This document shows, in pieces, positions 10,669 through 21,582 of a DNA stretch of 64,000 bases; the stretch's first letter is position 1; each line of letters begins with the position of its first letter. The stretch comes from Massalongia carnosa. Lineage: Eukaryota. The stretch covers positions 3,224,001-3,288,000 of the forward strand of contig OZ287069.1 of NCBI GenBank assembly GCA_965645245.1, given 5' to 3'. A program made the position numbers and the translations under genes. The notes beneath the pieces are model-generated. The model ran no database searches and had not been told where the DNA came from. It was given only the letters and a program-made list of their open reading frames with translations.

Positions 10669-13600
10669 TTAACTCGTGGATTGTTCGGTTGCTATCCTCA
10701 CGTCTCCAAATTGGCCGAGGAGACGTGAGGATAGCATGAATTTGGATGCTTCCTTGGCCAGTCTGGGGGTGCTAAAAATTTCTTGGAGATCGAAGACCTT
10801 CCGGCCTGTCCAGATGTCTTCATGCGCAGTCGATGGTGCCTGACGCACTCCAGAAGCACATGGTGAACTGTTTGATAACCGAAGCCGCATGGACATTCGC
10901 CCGTTTCGGTGCGGCCTATATCTGAGAGATACTTGCGGAGACCAATCTTACCTGTTCTCATCTGCACCAGGGTTTAACTCATTGACTTGTGAAGCCCCTG
11001 GTAGAGCTGCAAGACCTTGTTAGTGGGCTGGGGGAGGAGCTTTTTCGTCATCTGTCCGCGTTTTTCTGCCTCCCAATCCCCAGCCCATTCTTTGCTGATC
11101 ATTGTCCTCATGTTGCGTTTTATCGCCGACTTCACTGTGTGTCCGAGGAAGTCGAAGTGGGTGATGGAGGGACTCTGGCCAGGTTCTAACCAGCCTGATG
11201 CTTCTTTTGCTGCTTGGTTGCTATCTCGTTGCCTTCTACTCCCAGGTATCCAGCAGAGTCTGACTCTGGCCTGCATCTCCCGGCATACGTGGAGTTTTCC
11301 AATGATCTCGCGTAGCATGAACTGACCTGATTGAGTTCCGGGGTCGGCTACTGATTTGATGGCTGATTGATTATCTGCAAAAACCGTTATTATCTCCCCT
11401 TGCCATCGTGCAATGGCCGCCGCCAGTCCCAGGTCGATGCCCACTAGTTCCGCGAGGTAAACTGTGGCTTCTTTGTTCGTTCCGAGGCGGGTTCCTACCC
11501 GTGTGTTGTCGCTGGGATGACCACTGCCGCACCAACTCCGAAGGGGTTATCACTCCCATCCGTGTATATGACTATTTGGTTCGGCTCTGATATCATCTTG
11601 TCATGCTCTTTGATTGCTTCCTCTTTACTGAAAGCAATGTGCGTTTCGGGGGGAGACTACCATGGTTCCACTATGAATGGAAGAATGACCTCTAACCGCC
11701 AGGGTTGAGGGCATTTCCCCGAAGTCATTAAGCGGGACTCTAGCTTAGCTAGAGGGCTCCAGTATCGATAGTGGGAGTCCGCTTGGCTTTTCCAGGCGCG
11801 GATCTCACGTATTATGGCGTAAAGGGGGCTTGAAGGTATGCGCAGTAGTGACTCGTTCACTGGCTGCTCCATGCGTTGCCGGCCAGGCAGGAGGTGAAGC
11901 TCCATATCCAAGGCCGGGCCTGAGGTTGTTCTAAATGCCCCTGAAATGATCAGTGCCGCCCGTCGCTGAATAGATCTGACGGCTTTGAGCACGGCGGTTG
12001 CTTGCGTGATAGTCCCGTATCCGCCCTCGGGAACATACCATGCAGAGCATCCAAAGGTGAGTTGCGGTAGTATGGTGGCTTGATAGATCCTTCGAAGGCT
12101 CGCAAGACTGGTGCCCCATGTGGAGCCCGCAAGGCTGCCTAGGACCCCCAGTCTCTTTAAGGTTTTGGCTTCCAGTTTCTTTAAATGGGTGTGCCATTTG
12201 AGCTTGTCGTCGAATGTGGCGCCCAGGTAGGTGGCGGTATGTTGTGGCTTGATGGTTTTGCCCGCTAGGGAGATAGCTCTCTCCGGGGGGTTCAAATCCG
12301 TCTCTGAGGGTCCTTTGATAAAGTGCAAGAGCTGGAATTTGGCGGGGGCAAATTTGGAGGCGTGTGTGTCCGTCCATTTCTGCTCCCTCGTCATGAACGA
12401 GGCTTCGAGATATCTACAGTTCTGTTCTGCTGAAGTTCCAATAATTACTTTGGATATGTCATCGACATAGCCCAAGTTCATCTTTTTGGGCCCTTCCTCT
12501 TCCATAAGGTCGGCGTTGTAGAACAGATAAAGAATAGGAGATATAGGGGATCCCTGAGGGACTCCAAAGTTCGTGGTGAATGGTTGCGAGGTGTAGTCGG
12601 GCATGGCGATGGTCGTTTTCCTTTCCTGAAGGAAGCTTTCGATCCATTTAGCTATATTGCCGCCTATTCTTCTCTTCCGTAGGTTGTGCAGTAGTCTTTT
12701 GTGGGATACGTTATCGTAAGCACCCGAGATGTCCAGCATGAGCACTGTGGCCACTTCGCTGTTAAGCCAGGCTGCATGGATGGCCTCTAGGAGCAGATGG
12801 AGGGCGTGTTCGGGTGATCCAGCTCGCCTGCCGCCTATATGGAGTCTGGGGAGTAGGCTCTCGGTCTCCACCGCGTGATTGATTCTGGTTGCAATGATCT
12901 TCTCCATAGTCTTACCTAAAGTGTTGAGCAAGACTATGGGTCTGTATGAGTTCGGAAAACTGTAGTCGGCCTTAGCTGGTTTTCTGAGAACCACCGTGGT
13001 GGATTCTCTGAAAGCAGTGGGGTGATGACCCAGTTCCCAGCTGGCGTTATACAGAGCTACAAGTGTGGGCATGATGAGTGATAACACATCTCTGAGGATT
13101 CTACTAGGCAGTCCGTCGGGGCCTGGGACCGAGAGTGGTGCTGCCTTTGTGATGGCTTTAGTTATTTCCCGAGCTGAGATGGGAGCAAATTGGATTGGCT
13201 CTGGATAGTGATAATCGGCGATGTCTTCAAGATTGGTGGCGTCCGGGATAGGAAAAACTGTCTGCGAAGCAGTTCAGCCTTGCCCGAGGCCTCCGTCACT
13301 TTGGAGCCATCGCTTTTCATTAGGGTTGGGGTGAAGGCTTGGAATGGGGTCGACCTGTTCTTAGCCCATTTCGCAAGCTTCCAGAGACCATCTGGAGGGC
13401 TGGTGGCCTCCTCTACCCTGTCCCTATGTGTTGTCTTGAGAGCTTTTTGTACGATTTTGTTTTTGCTGTTTCTCGCCTCTCGGTAGGCTTCCCAGTCTTC
13501 CAGAGAGCGCGTTTCCTTATGCTTGCGCCTGAGTCGTTTGCATAGGGTGACTGCCTCTTTGCATTCCGGGGTAAAGCCAGGTTTTGAATGATTGCACCCT

Positions 13601-14511
13601 CTAGAAAGTGGGACTGCTGTCTCCACTGCGTGCTGGATAGCTTCAACTAACTCATGGGCCAAGTTGTCGAGTTCTTGGACTGTGCTCACGCTCCTAGGTG
13701 CCGGGAGCTTGTCTGTCATCGTGTCTAGTAGCTTTTTCCTATCAGTCTTAGACCACATGCGAGAGGACCTTATGGCCCTCTTAACTGTGGTGATATCAAA
13801 TGCTGTGCTAATGGGGTAGTGATCTGAGTCACTATCCAACTCTCTTCTCACATCGCACATGAGTACGGCTGAAACCACTGCGGGGGTTGCGAACGTTAAG
13901 TCTATCGTGCTCTGTGCTGATCTATGATCGTATGTTATGGTGCGAGGGGGGAGCAGAAGTTCTAGCTCGCTTTGATCGAGAATCTCCAGTAGTTGGTCTG
14001 CCTCCGGATGTTGATGATGGTAGTCTTCGCCAGTCCATAGGGGATGGTGAAGATTGAAGTCCCCTACCGCTATGTGTTCTCCCTCCACCTCTAGCGCCTT
14101 GCTTAGGTCTGGCAAGGTGCTGTAGTTTCCCTGAGAGGGGGAGGGATTGTAGATGTTATGGATATTGATGACTCGCTGGGTTTCGCCAGGAAATTCCAAG
14201 TGCAAAGTCATCAGATCGGGAGAGTGGAAGGTTACCTTCCAAGAGGCGCTTGCTATGTCTTTGTTGACGAACATGCATACTCTCGGAGGGAGCTCTTGTT
14301 CTCCTGTTTCGGGGGGATAGAGAAGGTGAAAAACATTTTTGACCGGATTGTGCGTGGTGTGTTGATAGGGGTTCCCCGCCCAGGGTTCCTGGATGGCCAG
14401 GATGCCGTATTTCATGGTTTCCTCTCTGCGAAGGAAGTCCGCCATGACAGTGTTCTTGGATTTGTTGCAGTTGTACTGAAGTATGGACAGATAGTGGATG
14501 TATTCACTCAT
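10669..14511 (-). pseudogene. pol: LINE ORF2 (APE endonuclease, RT, RNase H, Zn finger) with frameshifts
   Basis: [73 protein letters not shown]. Confidence 0.9.
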
Positions 14512-16480
14512 AGTTCCTCCTCTGTCTGAGTACTGGGCTGCAAGCGACGGGTTGCCGATCTGGTGGTCATTGAAGAACTATCGTCGTTCTCCTTATCGCT
14601 CAAGACCTCCACAGCCTTCGAGGAGGGTTTCTTCTTTCCCTTCTTAGAAGCTGCTTGTGCCATGCTCCTGTTGGTAGAGCTGGGGTTGTCTGCCAGGGGC
14701 TCTTCCTCCCCATGCGCCCGCTTCTTCCCCTTGCGGAGAGTTGGCACGGTTTGCCAATATTTCTCTCGTATAGAGCCCCTGTTCCACCTGGGTTGAGGCT
14801 GGGGTCACCTCACTGCTTGTCGTGACCGTCGGCGTGGTCGATGCCGGCGGACTGCTCCGTTCTTGTTCCTGACCATTTAGGGTCTCCCTTGAGGAGGCCC
14901 TGAGAGGCCAGAAGGGGAGAGCTTCTTCTTTGGCCCGCTTCATTCGGGCCTTTTCCTTCTTTCGCTCCGGGCAAGACTCTGCGCTTGCCCCGTGGCCCTC
15001 CTTGCCACACGCATTGCATTTGAGAGTGACCGATTTGCAATCGGTCATGTGGTGACTTTCGGAGCATTTGAAGCATGTTTGATGCTTCTGTTGTAACGTC
15101 AGTGCAACGTCTCTATGGTCAGTAGAGGTGCATGGGCAATCAAGTTTGAACTGGGTTAGAGTTATCTGGAATATCCCCTTCTGGGGCTTCCTTATATACA
15201 TGATGGGTGCTGGGGTCTCAGTACTGGTCACCCTAGTGGTCTTGGCGGTCACTTGGTGTCTTGATCCAGACTAGCGTGCCCCTAGTCACATGACGTCCTC
15301 CATCTTATCTATAGCCATATCCCTAGCTCTAGCCTATCCCCTAGGTCTACTGGGTTGCCACCGCCATGTTCAGGGTGCGTCTACGTAACATCTGTCGGCA
15401 AGCATGGCTCGGGTGACCATACTTACCGCACCGGAAACATTGCCTAAGCCTGGCCTCCGGAACATGTCTTTCCACCGCGAAAGATCTCCCATCCAAATAT
15501 AGCTGCGAGGCCAAAATGGCGTTGCAGTCTAATTCGTTCTCAAAGTATACCACCATGGATCTAGCTGTGGCTCCTGCCTTACTCGTGCGGGACAACCATT
15601 CTACTCCTGTTACCCTATTCCTAACGGGCATATGTGACTTATTTTCCTCCCAGAGGCGTTCCTTGATGACTGTCATGCTTAGATTAGCCGGTACAAAGTG
15701 CGCGATTAAGCCGAAGCTTGGCTGTATTATAGTAGCTTTGCTCGATAGCCTGATGGCCCATCGAATGTCTTTTCTTAGGCGTTGTCTGAGGCGTTGTTGA
15801 CTGTTACAGTACCTGTAGGTCTCCGCTAGGGAGGACCCTTGCTGCTATTGCTACGGCTGCTGCCGTGGCTGTGCCATTGGAAATAGGTGGGGCGGGAGCG
15901 TTTTGATTGGTCGAAATTCTCGTGTTGTTATGATCCTTTAACGCGTTAGATATTGCCGCGTTGATTCTGTCTTTGAGCGCTGAGGAGGCCAGTTTGACCA
16001 GATCCTTTGCTATGGCTTCGTTGTTCAGTTTGACGACGATTTCACGAGCTTTCTCTTCTAGTATAGGAGCGGGGATGGACGTCCCCGAAAGCGTAGAGAT
16101 CGTTGGGGCCGAGGCAGCAAAGGCTCCCGTTCTGCCCAGGTCATCGTCCTCTTGTAGCCAGTAGTGGCCGCGGAGGAGGTAGTAGGTGTTGTGCGGGCGG
16201 TGTCTTGCTTGCGCTCGACATAGGTGACTTTAGTGAGCGTTTGCTCTGTAGTGTTCTTTATTTGGTTGATGGTAGCTTGGAGCTGATCCATCGTGGGCTG
16301 GTTGCGCATCTTCTCCAGTAGGCTGAGCATACTGGAGAGTAACAGGGTGTAAGACTGAACCTCATAGGTCTTTGCTTCTGATATGCCTCGCAGTTATTTA
16401 AGCACATTGGTGAGGAAGTGACGATGCTCGTCTAGTGAATCGGGGGGGGCGTCGTTGGGCACGACAAAAGAGCTCCTCAT
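14508..16480 (-). pseudogene. LINE ORF1 (gag-like), frameshifted and interrupted by a solo LTR
   Basis: QCFRCGKYGHPSHAC, CFKCSESHHMTDC, CNACGKEGHGASAESC knuckles; TWA motif. Confidence 0.82.
15092..15390 (-). mobile_element. Solo LTR (299 bp) in LINE ORF1
   Basis: TGTAACG...CGTAACA ends with a 5-bp TSD TCTGT on both sides; TATATAA on the minus strand. Confidence 0.88.
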
Positions 16481-16814
16481 GGTTGCCACAATGCAGCCAC
16501 AACAGAAGAAATGATATAACTTTCGGCCAAGATAGCTACAGAGTCGGGGAGCAATTCTACGTGATCACAATGACTATTGAGGGCTTGTATGGGTAACGAA
16601 TGCAATTTCTAGTGCTAGCTAAAAAGTGCGAAAGTTGGAGACAACCATATAGCTGTCTTTGAAACTTTCATCGTTTTCAAAACAAGGTCAAAACGGACGC
16701 TGCAGAAAAACGAGTGTTGGACATTAGGGGGGGTGAAAATGATGCAGAAAGGAGACATGCAGAGATCAATAAATCAGACTTTCGAAGCCCTCTTTATGCG
16801 ACTGAATACGGGGC

Positions 16815-18356
16815 TCAGGCTTTTCCCGCTGCATCTTCAGAGGCGTCGGAGTCGTTGTAAAGGACAAGAGACCGAATAGTAGACGGGGCCTTCTTGTTGG
16901 GACAGTCGATTGCGGTCTTCCCATGGTGCAATTGCTTACAGTAGAAGCATAGTCTCCATTGCTCGCAGATTTCCTTGACTCCGGGGACTTTCAGGCATTG
17001 GCCCTTCACAGCGGCCATGGCGGAGCTAAGGTCCATCGGATCCCCTGCGGGAAGAGAAGGAACCGCAGCAGGGGTGACGGCTGAGCGACGACGATGGTGG
17101 AGGAGCGGGGGGCAGGACTCCTGACAACGGCAGTGGTGCTGGCGACGGATGCCCCCTTTTAGGTTGAGGAGTTGCTAATTGATGCTCCAGAGGCTTGGCG
17201 TGGCGAGATATGCCTGATTTGACGAATTTTTCGATCCGTTTGGGCCCACATTGCAACATGTTCGTCGAAGGTGATGGGCTCCTGATTGGTTCCGGGGACT
17301 CGATAATGGGTGGCCGCTGTTTGGGTGGAATAGTTGATGTTGGCCTTCATCGCATCGATGAGGGAGGCGTCTTCCATTCTAGATTGTTCCTTCTTCTGAG
17401 AGAAAAGGTTGTAATATCCTCAAAGGTTAGGTTACCCTTTTTCAGGGTGTCTCGCAAATATTTACGGGCATCCTCTTGCTCGAAGGGGTTACCACAGGCC
17501 AGACGAAGTTTCGCTCTCCAGTCCGAAAAAGAGGTTAGGCGGCATAAGCCATCTATCCGGTAGGGAGTCATGAGCAGATGGGCTCGCTTGCTGATGGTGA
17601 GTCTGCTCTCCGCATAAGCTATCTTAGCCTCATCGAAAAGTATCGGTCATGGTTAATGTGCATTTTTTGAATTAGATTCTGTTCTTAAGCATCGAGTTTG
17701 TCCTCGTTACCGTTGAAGAGGGGTAGTCGTGGGTGGTGCATACGTGATGACCTCAAGGAGAGAAGACCGGCAGAAAGCAAACAAGGAACACACGTGAAAA
17801 CAACAAACAGAACGTTGGCGGTGACGACTCGGCCACTCTGACACTGTCACTCGGACACGAATACTGACTCTGAAGGAAAGAAAAATGTTGATTGCCTGTC
17901 TGTCTAGAGGGTGAAACTTCCCCTATCTATAGAAAAATGGGCGCCTTAGCCCCGGAAAAACCTCCCCTCCGCTCCGTCCACACCAATCCCCCCCCCCCTC
18001 CCCTCAGCACCTGCCCTTGTCCCTATTCACCCTATCACACCGTCATACTCTGGTATGTCAGGAAGTTTCTCGGACCTAGGCGGAAACGCTGGTCGTTTCA
18101 TTAGCTGTTCTGTAATGGCGGCCAGCTGGGAGCTCGGAACGGAAGGAGAAGGAGTTGATGACGGGGTTGCCAATAATGGGTTGGAAGACGTTTGATTAAT
18201 GGCTGGAGGAACCGCGTTTCGAATCTCAGCTAATTGTCGTTCCAGGTCTCGATAGGCGGCGATGAACTCGTCCGGGTTATTGCTGACATGTTCTTGCTCC
18301 TTTTGGGCTACCTCAAGTTCCTGAGGCAGATTTGCGGTTTCTTCTTGAAAAGACAT
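16815..18356 (-). pseudogene. gag: Ty3/Gypsy-like gag, frameshifted, no pol domains
   Basis: RSEKLPDIPEYDG|NEDKLDA, EAKIAYAESRL, GNPFEQEDAR, PMDLS, LCFYCKQLHHGKTAIDCP, ending GKA*. Confidence 0.8.
17714..18039. mobile_element. Solo LTR (~326 bp) inserted in the gag
   Basis: TG...CA ends flanked by a duplicated (A)CCGT; removal rejoins EYDG-NED. Confidence 0.8.
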
Positions 18357-18846
18357 GATTAAAAAACGTTATAGGGGAAAGAGAAAACTAAGAAACACTT
18401 GAATGTAGGTCGGACGTAATATCCAACGCTCGTTTTTCTGCAACGTCCGATTTGACCTTGTTTGAAAACGATGAAACTTTCAAAGACAGCCATATGGTTG
18501 TCTCATGTAATTACGTCATTGCGTCAGAGCCTACGTCGGCCAAGAGGCAGAGAGAGTTTTTGGAGGATAGAATTGGGAAGCTAAAGGAGGGGCATAGGAT
18601 CCTTCAAGATGTTATCAGGAGCGCTACGTTGCAGAAGACTTATGATGTTTCTAGCGCTGGCGCTGGCGGAGGGCGTGGGGTTCGAGTAGGAATGGCTTAG
18701 TTTCTTCAGGTAAGTACCGGCTCATGCATCTTTCAATTATAAGCGGTAGGATGTAACAGTTTGAGAGCGGCTGTTAGTCCTATTTTTACAACGCTAGTTT
18801 TAATATTATACTTTTCTGGAATAATTTTACTCTAAAAACGATCGAT

Positions 18847-20770
18847 CGATCGATCTGGCCCTTACAGCTCTGGTGAATTCGATATTCACGAGGAACCCGA
18901 GCAATTTATCCGAGCCGTTGCAGGGTACGCTATGATGAGCGACGAAGAGCTGGGCTTGGACACATTCATTGAGCGAAATGATGGAGATCTATTTATAACC
19001 ATTACGGAAGATGCTACTGGAAAGAAAAAGAGATTTCGACTGGAGCGTGCTTCGCTTGCCGTGCAACGAGCCATTGTATGTTGGGGAACAACCTGCCATC
19101 GCACCAAGGATCTGGAAGATGTAGCCAAGTTCTCATGGACATCCGCCAAGCGGCCACCGGAGGCAGATCTCCTGAGTTTGGCACATCAGAAAGGTGTAAT
19201 TGGAGTTGCAAGATTGCTGGGCTACCGACGCATAACTAGCATCAAGGAAATACGTAGCGGATTAACCTTTCCTGCTCCTCACCGATTCCGAAATACCTCG
19301 CCAAACAACTCGGCATCTTTCTCGCAATCCCAATCACAGCAGCCACTTTCTCAGTCTTCGGGGCCGTTCCAACGTTTGAGCATCGTGCAGATCTCTTCGA
19401 GGAGCTCGAAGAAACGAAAATCTCCAGATAACGAAGCAAAAGCTTTCAAAAGGTCAAGATCCAACAGTCAAAGGTCGAGTTCCAACAGTCAAAGGTCAAG
19501 TTCCAACAGTCAAAGGTCAAGTTCCAACAGTCAAAGGTCAAGTTCCAACAGTCAAAGGTCAAGGCTACATCGAGAACACAATGATACTGAGGCCCTGAAG
19601 ATTACACAGACAAGGGGCCGAAAGTCTGTGGACCACGAAGGAAAGTTGCTGAACTTAAAATTAGTTCATAACTTATTAGCTGAGCTGTACTTCTAAGAGA
19701 ACCTAAAAACGCATATTTGGAATTAGCACTTCCAGAAAATATTATCGTAAAAGTTATTTATCTTTTACTTCCATCTCTCATAAGATGGCTTAGACTATGT
19801 CTTAGTCTTGTTATAATTAACATCCAAGGAGCCCGCATCCACCGTCTAAAGTCGACGTCACGCAAGGAGTACGAAGTGTCGCAAGCCCCGGGAAATGCCG
19901 GTATAAGGAAACGAAAGTCTGAGGAAAGCGAACAAAAGTCTTCGAAGCGGTCGAGATCCAATAGTCAAAGATCAGACCTATCTCAGGAACACGAATCGTC
20001 ACAAGCCCTTGAAAATACACAAGCCTCGAGTTTCTGTGACCCAAGCGACAGATCACTCGACAATCGCGTATTCGGCTGCTTAATTATCTCGCCGGCCGGA
20101 CGAGCAATCAAGGATTTTTACTCGATCCTAGAGCTGTTAATGACACTTCGTGATGCGATCAGGCGCATAGATCCTTATACTTGGAAGGATCTATACTGCA
20201 CAGAGACATCTCGGAAAACAATATCATAATAACAAATCCAAAGCAGGCCAATGGCTCACGGGGATGCTGATCGATGCAGATCTTGCGAAAATAGTCGTTG
20301 GCAGGCGAACCGGCGCACGGCATCAGACAAGCACAATGGAGTTTATGGCGATTGCAGTGCTACGCAAAGTCGCTCATACCTATCGGCATAACCTCGAGTC
20401 GTTCTTTTATGTGCTTCTATGGATCTGCGCTCGTCGTGCGTGGGAAAGGGAATTTGGGTGCAAGTTGATGGATAGACCCAAGAAAAAGCATTTTAACGAA
20501 GTGGTACACGGGCGATTATGATAATATCGCTCAAAGTAAACAAGGCAATATGGGTGTTGACGGGTTTGAGGACATTTTGGAGGAATTTCCTTCAACATTC
20601 GATCACCTAAAGCCTTTGTGTCAAGAGATACGGGGTATCCTCTTCCCATATAAGGATTGGTTGTTTACTGGAACCCCACCAGATCCGGAGAAGCTATACG
20701 GGGCCTATCCTTGAGGCATTCGAAGAGGCTATAGCTAAGATAGCTAGCGCAGAGGGGAGTTTGGGATAGG
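18847..20770 (+). pseudogene. FunK1 (fungal-type) protein kinase pseudogene, 5'-truncated
   Basis: DRSGPYSS, MMSDEELGLD, RAIVCWGTTC, AKFSW, LHRDISENNII, LIDADLA, TMEFMAI, HNLESFFYVLLW; several frameshifts. Confidence 0.85.
19447..19563 (+). repeat. 21-bp tandem repeat (~5.5 copies) encoding SNSQRSS
   Basis: TCCAACAGTCAAAGGTCAAGT repeated. Confidence 0.9.
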
Positions 20771-21358
20771 TCGGGCATTCGCTCTTTGTATCTTACAAAC
20801 AATGCGGAGACGCAATCAAATAACTTATTACGCTCGTCGAACCTTTCGCCCACTTCGGATATTAATATCCTTTTAGAAGCTTCTGATACCTCGTGCTTGT
20901 CAAGAAATCAGGTCGAGGGCAAGGGCAAAGGCAAGGTGGGTTGATGGTCAAGCTTATTGATTGAGTCTATAGCTATGAATCTAGGCTAGGCTAGGTTGGC
21001 TATTCAAGACGTTCGACAAAGAATCAGAACTTCCATGATTCGACTTCTTTCTTATATCTTTGTCCTCCCATATTCATCTTTCTAGGGTGGCGGCGAATGA
21101 TGTCTAGTCAGTGCGATGATGAATGAGGGGCATTATAGCGGCAATAAGCACGATGGGGTCAGCGAGGAGACGGGAGATGTCAAACATCAATGCGAAGCTA
21201 TTAGACATGATAATAGTCGAAAGACGGGAATAAATCATCAATGCGAGGCTGATTAATGATCAGTAATCGGCGGATTCGAAGAATGATATGAGGGTCCCGA
21301 AGGCATGGCACGACGTCCGTGAGTAGTCATCAGATCAAGGCACGTGATAGAGGCACGT

Positions 21359-21582
21359 TGTAATGGGCTACGAGACCAGTAAGCTTATCACGAGCGACAC
21401 TGATCTCGAAAGGGGAAATGCTCAGCGTGAGAGGAGGAAGATAGCTACTACGTGCTAGTCTCCGAGAGTATATGTGATCCAAAGAACTAATGGATGTGGA
21501 AGTGCTTGGACCAAGAGATCTCGTCCGAGACCCAAACGTAGGTTGTTCATAGAATAAAGACTAATTGCTAACGAATACTACA
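21359..21582 (+). mobile_element. Possible LTR remnant followed by a decayed leader
   Basis: TGTA...TACA ends, TATAT and AATAAA inside; followed by AGCCTTG short repeats at 21615-21690; no TSD. Confidence 0.3.

Larger units (their letters stand above)
10313..16630 (-). mobile_element. Tad1-like non-LTR retrotransposon (LINE), near full length, degenerate
   Basis: ORF1 with CCHC knuckles; ORF2 EN-RT-RNaseH-CCHC; (AATC)n 3' tail at 10313-10330; 5' boundary approximate. Confidence 0.88.
16638..18504. mobile_element. Element bounded by ~88-bp terminal inverted repeats, containing a Gypsy-type gag
   Basis: 16638-16726 (GAGACAACCATATAGCTGTCTTTGAAAC...) is a close reverse complement of 18417-18504 (...GACAGCCATATGGTTGTCTC). 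Confidence 0.8.
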
